Source of the DNA: Nitrospinaceae bacterium
GTDB taxonomy: Bacteria; Nitrospinota; Nitrospinia; Nitrospinales; VA-1
Assembly (NCBI GenBank): GCA_046754465.1
Contig: JBHHVU010000052.1
Span: forward strand, 1 to 22,480
Direction: 5' to 3'
Length of the DNA stretch: 22,480 nt
Under the pieces are notes generated by a model. It was not told where the DNA came from and made no database searches. It worked only from the letters and a program-made list of their open reading frames with translations. The position numbers and the translations under genes were made by a program. How positions within the stretch are numbered: position 1 is the first letter of the stretch; each line of letters opens with the position of its first letter. This document shows, one piece after another, positions 1-6,408 of this stretch.

Positions 1-1380
1 CCCTTGCCGGTTTTCGAAATTCCCCCGGACCTTATCCAGGTTCCGGTTCCGCTCGTTGAGTTTTTGGGTGTTTTCCTGGGCGGGAAGGACGAGGTCCTGG
101 CGGATATTCTGAATCGATTCATCTCTTTCAAATGCGAGGGACCCTGCCAGGACGTCGTTGAGAATGCCGACGGCATCGTTGAACCGGTCGAACAGGACCT
201 GAATCTGGCTGACGGCGTTGGAGGCGTCCACGAAAATGCGGACCTCCGCTTTTCGGGCGGAAACCTGTTTCACGGTCAGGCCGGTGTCTTCCACGGCGCC
301 GGGAAACCCGTTGGTGGGACTCTGGACCGTTTTACCATCCAGTTCGATCCGGGCCGGCCGGGGATTGATGATCAGGTTGACCGGGGGATTGCCGGAATCG
401 AACTGTTGCTCCTTTAAAATGGGCAACCCCTTGCTGTTCTTTTCAAAGAATCCGAGCGCCAGAAGGATGTTGTCTTCATCCCGGAGGTCGATCTTGGTGT
501 TCCCCCCGGCAAGGCTGGTAAGGACCAGGCGGTTGTCCTTGATGTCCGCGCGCGCCCGGATTTCGGTGATGCCGCCATCGAGTCGGTGGTTCTTGTTCAC
601 GTCTTCCGAGGGGTCCAGGGTTCCATTTCCATTCAGGTCTTCATTGACGTAGACCCCCGGACCGGATTCACTCCCGGAAACACTGTAAGTATCCAGGATG
701 TTGTTGCCGTTCAAATCCTCGGGTCCATCCAGAACCCCGTTGCGATTAATATCCTCCCCAAAATTGATTTTGCCACGGATATCAAACACCGAATCGGAAG
801 CCTTCACGGTCACCTTGACGCCGTTGACGAAAAAGCTGCCGATCAAACCCAAAGCGCCCAGGGGCGCCGTTTGTGGGTCCGAGACGAGAACATTTCCCGC
901 GGCCAGTTGCGTGGGGCGAACCGAAAGCGTGGTGAGGGGGCTGTTTTTCCCGGCCTCGGCCTGCACGGCCCGTGGAAGTGAGGAACGGGCCCGCCGGACG
1001 TTCAGGGCATCTTTCCCGCGCAGGGTGGAGACGGTTTGCTTCAGTTTCAGGAGGGAATCGGAGAGGTCATCGAGCCGGCTTCGCCGCAAATCGGTGAACC
1101 CGTCTCTTTTTTCCAGATTATTGCCGAGGGGGAGTTTGCCGGAGTTGCTCCTTTGGGAAAGAAACCGGAGGACCTCGCTGGTCCGGAACAGGGCTAGGGG
1201 ACCCGAAGCTTCCAGCGCAGGCACCTTCCTTTGGGAAGACCGGAAGGAATCGAACAGGATATCCCTTTTTAATCCGGCCGTCCCAGCAAACCCGGATTCC
1301 CCGGGAGAATCCTGGGGAATACCCGTTGCCTGGGAGGTAAAGGGTACAAAAGTAGCGTTATTGAATCCGGTGACTTGCAT
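1..1380 (-). CDS. fliD: FliD-like flagellar filament-capping protein (hook-associated protein 2 family), divergent; partial, continues past the left edge
   Basis: Manual translation from ATG at 1380 is open for 460 codons to the window edge; it is absent from the ORF track because there is no stop in the window. FliD-like segments: LSDSLLKLKQTVSTL...TLSVRPTQLAAGNVLVSD...GSFFVNGVKVTVKASDSVFDIRGKIN, and ARIELDGKTVQSPTNGF...DASNAVSQIQVLFDRFNDAV. Flagellar neighbourhood. Confidence 0.75.
   Translation of the reverse strand, partial: MQVTGFNNATFVPFTSQATGIPQDSPGESGFAGTAGLKRDILFDSFRSSQRKVPALEASGPLALFRTSEVLRFLSQRSNSGKLPLGNNLEKRDGFTDLRRSRLDDLSDSLLKLKQTVSTLRGKDALNVRRARSSLPRAVQAEAGKNSPLTTLSVRPTQLAAGNVLVSDPQTAPLGALGLIGSFFVNGVKVTVKASDSVFDIRGKINFGEDINRNGVLDGPEDLNGNNILDTYSVSGSESGPGVYVNEDLNGNGTLDPSEDVNKNHRLDGGITEIRARADIKDNRLVLTSLAGGNTKIDLRDEDNILLALGFFEKNSKGLPILKEQQFDSGNPPVNLIINPRPARIELDGKTVQSPTNGFPGAVEDTGLTVKQVSARKAEVRIFVDASNAVSQIQVLFDRFNDAVGILNDVLAGSLAFERDESIQNIRQDLVLPAQENTQKLNERNRNLDKVRGNFENRQG
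574..756 (-). repeat. Four EDxNxNxxLD peptide repeats (putative Ca2+-binding DxDxDG-type loops) inside the FliD-like protein
   Basis: Translated: EDINRNGVLD, EDLNGNNILD, EDLNGNGTLD, EDVNKNHRLD. Confidence 0.85.
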
Positions 1381-1420
1381 AATCTTGTCGTATCCAACCA
1401 GCAAGTCATCGGAAAACCGT

Positions 1421-1448
1421 TCAAGTGCCGACGAATTTCAACCGATAA
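1421..1448 (+). promoter_or_regulatory. Possible sigma28 (FliA)-type promoter, imperfect, pointing toward the structured segment
   Basis: TCAAGTGC-N12-ACCGATAA versus consensus TAAAGTTT-N11-GCCGATAA. Confidence 0.35.
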
Positions 1449-1480
1449 TACTTTAGGCAGGTCTTTGCCTAGAAAGACGC

Positions 1481-1759
1481 AAAATAAAGAACGCCCGCCT
1501 CGCCGGCGTTGCGTCAGTGTAGTTTGGCTACGGTTTCCGATGAAGAACTGGTGCCAATAAGTGATCCGGCAGGCTCCCGATCAGGGCCAACATGGCTGAA
1601 CAATGAACCTTCCTAAAGAATTGGGGGCGGCAAACCATTCCAATTCCCGCGGAGGGTATCCCCAAACACCATTTCGCCGTGGTTGTCTGGGTATCTCAGC
1701 TGTCTCCTCTAGACGTGTTACCCTGTGAGTGACCCGGTCAGCGTAACGCCGGCGGGCGT
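1481..1759 (-). terminator. Split intrinsic terminator of the 1766-2173 gene; its arms are separated by an insertion
   Basis: Arms ACGCCCGCC (1491-1499) and GGCGGGCGT (1751-1759) are perfect inverted repeats. The right arm starts 7 nt past the stop codon, and on the minus strand the left arm is followed by TCTTTATTTT. Confidence 0.6.
1509..1746. mobile_element. 238-bp structured non-coding insertion flanked by a duplicated CGCCGGCG (MITE-like or group II intron-derived; candidate ncRNA)
   Basis: CGCCGGCG at 1501-1508 and 1747-1754. Internal stems: 1593-1599/1696-1702, 1607-1613/1651-1657, 1618-1624/1640-1646, 1661-1671/1680-1691, plus small hairpins. No credible ORF. Confidence 0.55.
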
Positions 1760-1765
1760 GTCCTT

Positions 1766-2173
1766 TCAAATAAGATTGTCAACATTCTGTCCCCTTTCCG
1801 TTTGAATATTGGCTGGATTGACCGGCCGGGAATCCTGCTTGTCATTATTCTCAACTTTAGGGCGGGAATCGATCCCGGTGGATCGGGTCCGAATCACCTT
1901 CTGTTTGGGCGGTTTCAGGGCAGGCTCCCGGGCCGCCTCCGTCTTCTCGCGTCTTTCCTTATCATCTCTGACGGCTTCGCTGACGGCTTTTCTTTCCAGG
2001 ACCGCCTGATCCTTCCTCTGTGAATCCCTCAATTTTTGGGCGCCCTCGTCCCGAACCGCCTTCTGACTGCGGGCATCCTCCGATCCCACGTCCGGTTTCC
2101 GGTTCTGGTCCTGCACCCTCAAGGTGTTAATAGAACTTTGAGGACTGGATGAAACATCATTAACCTGTGCCAT
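1766..2173 (-). CDS. Hypothetical 135-aa hydrophilic flagellar-regulon protein with C-terminal GQNVD motif (YjfB-like tail)
   Basis: GGAGGA RBS (2181-2186) before ATG 2173; charged low-complexity body; ends TERGQNVDNLI; downstream of a perfect sigma28 promoter. Confidence 0.75.
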   Translation of the reverse strand: MAQVNDVSSSPQSSINTLRVQDQNRKPDVGSEDARSQKAVRDEGAQKLRDSQRKDQAVLERKAVSEAVRDDKERREKTEAAREPALKPPKQKVIRTRSTGIDSRPKVENNDKQDSRPVNPANIQTERGQNVDNLI

Positions 2174-2327
2174 TAAATTTTCCTCCTGCAAGCTGTATTC
2201 ATCAAAATATCTTCATTACTTAAGTACACCGCACAAATTTCCCTTGGGCCATGAGCTGCCCTCGTAAAAACCTGCGTGATGGGCCGGTCCAGCCAGGCAG
2301 CGGCAAAATTATTTGATAAACCGGCAT

Positions 2328-2354
2328 TAAAGTTTCAGGTCTGCGTACCGATAA
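2328..2354 (+). promoter_or_regulatory. sigma28 (FliA)-type promoter, plus strand
   Basis: TAAAGTTT-N11-ACCGATAA (15/16 consensus). Confidence 0.75.
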
Positions 2355-2467
2355 GTTGTTTAGGGTTTTTGATATCCTTCCATATTCCCGAAACTTCAAA
2401 AAAACCCGCCCACTATTTCCACTCAATATTTTTCTGGACTCATTAACCCCAAAGCAATGCGGTTTCT

Positions 2468-2494
2468 TTATCGGCAAATTTCGGCAAAACTTTA
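2468..2494 (-). promoter_or_regulatory. sigma28 (FliA)-type promoter, minus strand
   Basis: TAAAGTTT-N11-GCCGATAA, perfect consensus and spacing. Confidence 0.88.
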
Positions 2495-2638
2495 GCGGCA
2501 AAGTAAAATTATTTTAAAAAAATCAATGGGTTGGGTGTTCCATGCGAATAGGCGGGACCGTAAAAAGACCAGCAGGAGGGCAAAATCACCAGAGGAAGGG
2601 GGGGCCGTAGAAAAACATCGCGGACGCCGATGGGGGAT

Positions 2639-3256
2639 TCATCCAAATTTTTTAACAACCTGTTGCTGAATTTCCGGCAGCAAATCTTTCCATTCCTCAT
2701 AAAAAGGAACAATTTCATATTCCAACAAATCGGCCAGCAAAACCCAATCCTTATTTTTATTGGCGTCCAGCATTTGGCCGGTCAATTCCACCAGCTGGTC
2801 CTGTTTTTCCCGCAGACTCGGCCCTTGGAAAAAACGGGTTTCCGAAGAAATATCGACGGCCTTTACCAGAGAATCCACCACTTGTGAAAACCAATCGATG
2901 CCGTCGATGATATTGAGGAAAAATTTGTTGGCCTCCTGCTCGCTCCCCATCCGGAACAATTCAGAGGCTTTTTCGATGCCCGGAATCAGTTTTTCCAGGT
3001 AATTTTCGGCGTTGGTTAAATTTTTCCCCAGGATATCGATCAGGGAGTAAATTTCCGCTTCAAGAGTATCGATTTGGGAGACAGGGGTCCGGCGGACCGG
3101 CAAGGAGTCCGGGGCAACCTCCTTTTCATTGATCCGAACTTTGCAGATCACGTTTTCTTTCCCGGATTGGGTCCGCAGGATGCCGTCGAGGACCTCCCCC
3201 AGGGTTTCCCCCTCGTAGGACCGGTTGTCCTCCTGCCCATTGATAGAAATTTTCAT
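2639..3256 (-). CDS. Conserved hypothetical flagellar-locus protein (205 aa)
   Basis: Clean ORF with G-rich RBS. N-terminal MKISINGQ beta segment. C-terminal NKDWVLLADLLEYE motif of the kind I recall in proteins next to flagellin/Maf glycosylation genes. Confidence 0.8.
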   Translation of the reverse strand: MKISINGQEDNRSYEGETLGEVLDGILRTQSGKENVICKVRINEKEVAPDSLPVRRTPVSQIDTLEAEIYSLIDILGKNLTNAENYLEKLIPGIEKASELFRMGSEQEANKFFLNIIDGIDWFSQVVDSLVKAVDISSETRFFQGPSLREKQDQLVELTGQMLDANKNKDWVLLADLLEYEIVPFYEEWKDLLPEIQQQVVKKFG

Positions 3257-3371
3257 CGAATTCCCCCCGGATCAGGTCCCATCGGCCTTTCCAACAGGTT
3301 ATTTTAATCATTGTCCCGGCTCATTGCAACCCAACAATCAATGGGTTTGAACCCCCTTGCCGGACGCCCTA

Positions 3372-3400
3372 TTGACAGGGCGGAGATTTCGATTTACCTT
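3372..3400 (+). promoter_or_regulatory. sigma70-type promoter upstream of the flagellin-like gene
   Basis: TTGACA-N17-TACCTT, ending about 40 nt before ATG 3440. Confidence 0.5.
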
Positions 3401-3439
3401 GTTAACTTATTGAAATTAAAATACTTTTTGGTGAAATCC

Positions 3440-4291
3440 ATGTTCGAATCGATTCGCTCCGGCAATTTGAACCGGCTTCTCAACATCGTCGAAAAGAACC
3501 GGACGGGGTTGGGCAAGTCCCTGGAAAAAATCGCCTCCGGCCGCAGGTTGAACCGGGCTGGGGAAGATGCCGCCTCCCTGTCGATATCCACCCGGCTGCG
3601 TTCTGAAATCCGCGCCCTGACCCAGGCGGTCCGCAATGTGGAGAACGGAACCCATTTCATCCGCTCCGCGGAAGGGGGGCTGGCGGCCATTTCCGATTTG
3701 GTGGGCCGGGGCCGGGAACTGGCTCTGCAGGCGGCCAATGGAACCCGCGGCAGCCAGGAAAGGCAAACCCTGCAAGCGGAATTTTCACAAATCAAGAGCG
3801 AAATCGACCGCATTTCCCGGTCCGCCGAATTCAACGGGCAAAAACTTCTGGACGGGTCCCTGGGAGCCGGGTCCGCCACGCAAATCGATATTCAGGCCGG
3901 AACCGGAAGCGGACCGGAAAACCGCATCAACCTGAACCTCATCGAAAGCACCGATGCCCAATCGCTGGGATTGGCGGGGACGGACATCTCCACCGCCGAC
4001 GGAGCCCTTAAAACCCTGGATGCCCTGGACGGGGCCGCGGAAACCGTGACCGCGTCCCGCGGCAATATGGGAGCCGCGGGCAACCGGCTGATCGTTTCGG
4101 CCAACGGACTCGGCACCCGAATCGAGAACCTGACCCAATCGGAATCGAAACTGGCGGATACGGACCTGGCGAAGGAGATTTCCGATTTGCGAAGCGGGCT
4201 GTTGTCGTTTCAAACCTCCATAAAAACCCTGGCCCTCGACCTGCGGCAAAACGAGAGCGCCACCGGCCGCCTCCTCAATTTCCGGATTTAA
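3440..4291 (+). CDS. Flagellin-family protein, short (283 aa), with divergent termini
   Basis: SLEKIASGRRLNRAGEDAASLSIS, RELALQAANGT, EIDRISRSAEFNGQKLLDG, RGNMGAAGNRL, ESKLADTDLAKE. Start placed at ATG 3440 (GGTGA upstream) rather than TTG 3311. Confidence 0.9.
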   Translation: MFESIRSGNLNRLLNIVEKNRTGLGKSLEKIASGRRLNRAGEDAASLSISTRLRSEIRALTQAVRNVENGTHFIRSAEGGLAAISDLVGRGRELALQAANGTRGSQERQTLQAEFSQIKSEIDRISRSAEFNGQKLLDGSLGAGSATQIDIQAGTGSGPENRINLNLIESTDAQSLGLAGTDISTADGALKTLDALDGAAETVTASRGNMGAAGNRLIVSANGLGTRIENLTQSESKLADTDLAKEISDLRSGLLSFQTSIKTLALDLRQNESATGRLLNFRI

Positions 4292-4382
4292 CCTCCCCAA
4301 GAAGTTGGCATTCCTTGAGAAAGCCGCCCAGAATTTTTGAAAGAACGTGCCCCTGGTTATCCATGACGTAGGGAATATTCAT
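4275..4382 (-). pseudogene. Truncated gene start (copy 1), resembling the N-terminus of PLD-domain/SNF2-type helicases
   Basis: Translates MNIPYVMDNQGHVLSKILGGFLKEC...; ATG lies 14 nt after the stop of the toxin-like gene. Family assignment is from memory of the IPYVIDN...L..LL...AYF motif. Confidence 0.45.
4315..4380. repeat. Diverged direct repeat, copy 1 (partner 5500-5565)
   Basis: Ungapped manual alignment 51/66 identical; similarity extends to CCCAAGAA at 4296 and 5476. Confidence 0.9.
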
Positions 4383-4396
4383 GTTCACGAATTAGG

Positions 4397-4833
4397 TCAT
4401 TTTCCAATGATCCGTTTTTTAATATCCGGCTGCAAAATCATCGAGGCTTTGGTTTTTTGAATCAGTTGATGGAGATGCTCTTCTTTAATCCGGCCTTTGT
4501 ATTCGATCAAACCCTGGTCATATTGAGATTTGAAAAGGGTTTTATCCCAAAGCCGGTGATTGTTGAGATCGACAAAGGTGTGATCCTCCGACGCAAAAAA
4601 TTCCAACTCTCACGGCGGAATCGCAAGAATATCGTCCTGCCGGGTTTGGGATAAAAAGGGAATTTTCCGGTTTTTATCGGTGGTGGTCAAAATGACCAGA
4701 AGGGGTCCGGATGCAAGGGGCTACTCAAATAAACCAGGAATTTTGCCTTGGTCTGATCCGGGAACTGAAAACGATGATGAAGAAAAACGGCTCCCTGTTT
4801 GAGCAAGGCGTCCAGGGGAAACCGGATGGGCAT
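4397..4833 (-). pseudogene. Inactivated putative toxin partner of the Panacea antitoxin (PemK/MazF-like pattern)
   Basis: ATG 4833 overlaps the antitoxin stop (TAATG). Frameshift at the C run (4702-4705) and in-frame TGA at 4610-4612. Reconstructed: MPIRFPLDALLKQGAVFLHHRFQFPDQTKAKFLVYLSSPLHPDP/LLVILTTTDKNRKIPFLSQTRQDDILAIPP*ELEFFASEDHTFVDLNNHRLWDK...IEYKGRIKEEHLHQLIQKTKASMILQPDIKKRIIGK. Confidence 0.7.
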
Positions 4834-5402
4834 TACCTGGGCTTTTGGAGGGATTCCAGGCCGGCCCAAGCATCCTGGGTTTCCTGGATGTAATTCGCCA
4901 TGGCCTCATCCTCGGGGTCCAGGAAATCCTCGTAGGCCATTTCCAACTCGGCTTCTTGCCAGGCTTTTTCGTGGTGAGACAAATCCCTCAGTTGCTTGGC
5001 TGTTTTAGCGCCGTATTGGGAGAAAACTTCTTCCAGCACTTCCCGGTCGGAATCGGAAAACACCCCCAAATCCGCCTCGCGCAACGGAATGATAAACGGT
5101 TTGGGAGCATGGGGCGGGTTCGGCTCCAACTCCACTTTTATGAACTCATCCCGAAGGTCCAGGCGGGTGCGCACGTCTTTAAGGTAATCATAGACGGCGG
5201 AGGGGTTGGGGCCGTGGTCCATTTTAATATAGGTATCGCCGGTAATGGGCCGGCCGTAACGTTTCAGGTGCAACTTGTCCGCATAAAAAAGTAATTTGGC
5301 AATCTGCATGAAGGAAAATTTTTGCCCATTCTCCTTGGCCTTTTGGCAAAGATAGAGGAGGGAGTTGACAGCCACTTCAGGTTTAATGGGGAATAGCCAC
5401 AT
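4833..5402 (-). CDS. Panacea-domain (DUF4065/SocA-like) antitoxin
   Basis: KLLFYAD..HL..YGRPITGDTYIKMDHGP and L.EV...YG..TA.QLRDLSH...AW motifs. Confidence 0.88.
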   Translation of the reverse strand: MWLFPIKPEVAVNSLLYLCQKAKENGQKFSFMQIAKLLFYADKLHLKRYGRPITGDTYIKMDHGPNPSAVYDYLKDVRTRLDLRDEFIKVELEPNPPHAPKPFIIPLREADLGVFSDSDREVLEEVFSQYGAKTAKQLRDLSHHEKAWQEAELEMAYEDFLDPEDEAMANYIQETQDAWAGLESLQKPR

Positions 5403-5409
5403 AAGGATA

Positions 5410-5438
5410 ATATTAAGTCACTCGGATAAAATTGTCAA
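5410..5438 (-). promoter_or_regulatory. sigma70 promoter of the Panacea gene, probably leaderless
   Basis: TTGACA-N17-TAATAT; the -10 ends 7 nt before the ATG; no Shine-Dalgarno. Confidence 0.65.
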
Positions 5439-5499
5439 AACCCCCACCCCAAACTGGAAGTAAGCTTTAGTCAGACCCAAGAATTGGCTTTTGTATTCT

Positions 5500-5565
5500 T
5501 TGAGAAGCCCATCCAAAATTTTTGAAAGGACATGATCATGGCTGTCTATGACGTAGGGGATTTTC
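5500..5565. repeat. Diverged direct repeat, copy 2; minus strand reads as a truncated gene start
   Basis: Translates, running past the aligned core, as KIPYVIDSHDHVLSKILDGLLKEYKSQFLGLTKAYFQFG, in register with copy 1. Confidence 0.9.
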
Positions 5566-5650
5566 CTGGCAACTTTTTTATGAATCACGATTCATTGCCG
5601 TATCTCGGTTTTTTTACGGCTTGTCCTTTCCGCAAGTTTTGACACAGGCC

Positions 5651-5897
5651 TCACCCAAACAGTTTGTCCGCAAGTTCAGATTTCCTTATTTCCAGACAGG
5701 ACGCGATATCACTCAATATCCTGCTCAGGGCACCTGTTTTCAGGGAGGCGTGTTGGGGAATGGTAATGATGGTGTTCCTTGCCCTGAATCACCGAGGTCA
5801 TCCGAATATGGCTCCCTGTCCGGCGGACAACTGCATAACCGAACATTCCGAGCAAATCACATAGTTCCTCGCCGCTTACATCCCTGGGCAGTTTCAC
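5651..5897 (-). pseudogene. hicA: HicA-family toxin, frameshifted
   Basis: MKLPRDVSGEELCDLLGMFGYAVVRRTGSHIRMTS (GSH motif); after a frameshift near 5768 it continues ITIPQHASLKTGALSRILSDIASCLEIRKSELADKLFG* (TGA 5651-5653). Confidence 0.85.
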
Positions 5898-6102
5898 GCT
5901 GGAATGACCTCGTCTTCTACAAAATGCAAGCGGATCATGGCGGGTTTGCCTCTTTCGCCGAAATGACAGTTGACTGCGTCTTTTACCGCCTCTTTCATTG
6001 CCTCCATCGTATCCGCTTCCGTGAAAATCGAATGCCCCAGAGCCCGGGCCTCGAATCCCCCTTCAGGCGACTCTTCAATAACAAAAAGATTTCCTTATCC
6101 AT
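5894..6102 (-). pseudogene. hicB: Short HicB-like antitoxin, frameshifted
   Basis: GGGAGG RBS, MDKEI, then a one-base loss at the T run (6083-6087), then FVIEESPEGGFEARALGHSIFTEADTMEAMKEAVKDAVNCHFGERGKPAMIRLHFVEDEVIPA*. Stop overlaps the hicA GTG (GTGA). Confidence 0.8.
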
Positions 6103-6408
6103 TATGGGTCCCTCCCTAAAACACTCGTGCGCGGCTGGGAAAAAAAGTCTTTCTTCTTCCACGTAAGTTATTAATTCACCGCGGATTCAACCCGCAAGTA
6201 CAACTGCCAGTAACGTTTTCTTTTTGAAGAATATCTCATAAAATGTTTTGAAGCCAGGCGATTTTCCATACCGGTGGAATCGATCCGATGTTGAAGGGGA
6301 AATTTGAGATTCCCCGGCGGGAGAATTGGTTCTTGACCGCCGCTTTTTGAAATGATATTAAAATACACCCTCAAACCCATTATTTTTGCACAGGCTGGAG
6401 ACGATTCA

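Noticed and set aside
4..1456. Plus-strand ORFs of 131-252 aa in the ORF track
   Set aside because: They are antisense shadows of the minus-strand FliD-like frame.
1541..1557. TTGGCAC on the minus strand as a sigma54 promoter for the fliD-like gene
   Set aside because: The -12 TTGC element is missing (CTTC at that position).
1629..1640. GGCAAACCATTC and nearby GACGCAA resemble pieces of a c-di-GMP-I riboswitch
   Set aside because: The motifs are in the wrong order and spacing, there is no GAAA tetraloop/receptor pair, and no downstream gene on that strand.
1491..1759. Retron msr-msd, since long flanking inverted repeats resemble a1/a2
   Set aside because: No adjacent reverse transcriptase; the repeats are better explained as terminator arms.
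1581..1769. 62-aa minus-strand ORF across the structured element
   Set aside because: TTG start without RBS, atypical composition, and it overlaps dense RNA-like stems.
3311..3439. 43-residue N-terminal extension of the flagellin ORF
   Set aside because: AT-rich, contains the promoter-like sequence and has no flagellin similarity; ATG 3440 is more plausible.
4610..4612. In-frame TGA as selenocysteine or programmed read-through
   Set aside because: The same gene also has a frameshift, the context is not redox-like, and neighbouring genes are decayed.
4296..5568. The repeat pair as integron attC sites or CRISPR repeats
   Set aside because: Not palindromic, only two diverged copies 1.2 kb apart, they read as coding sequence, and there is no intI or cas gene.
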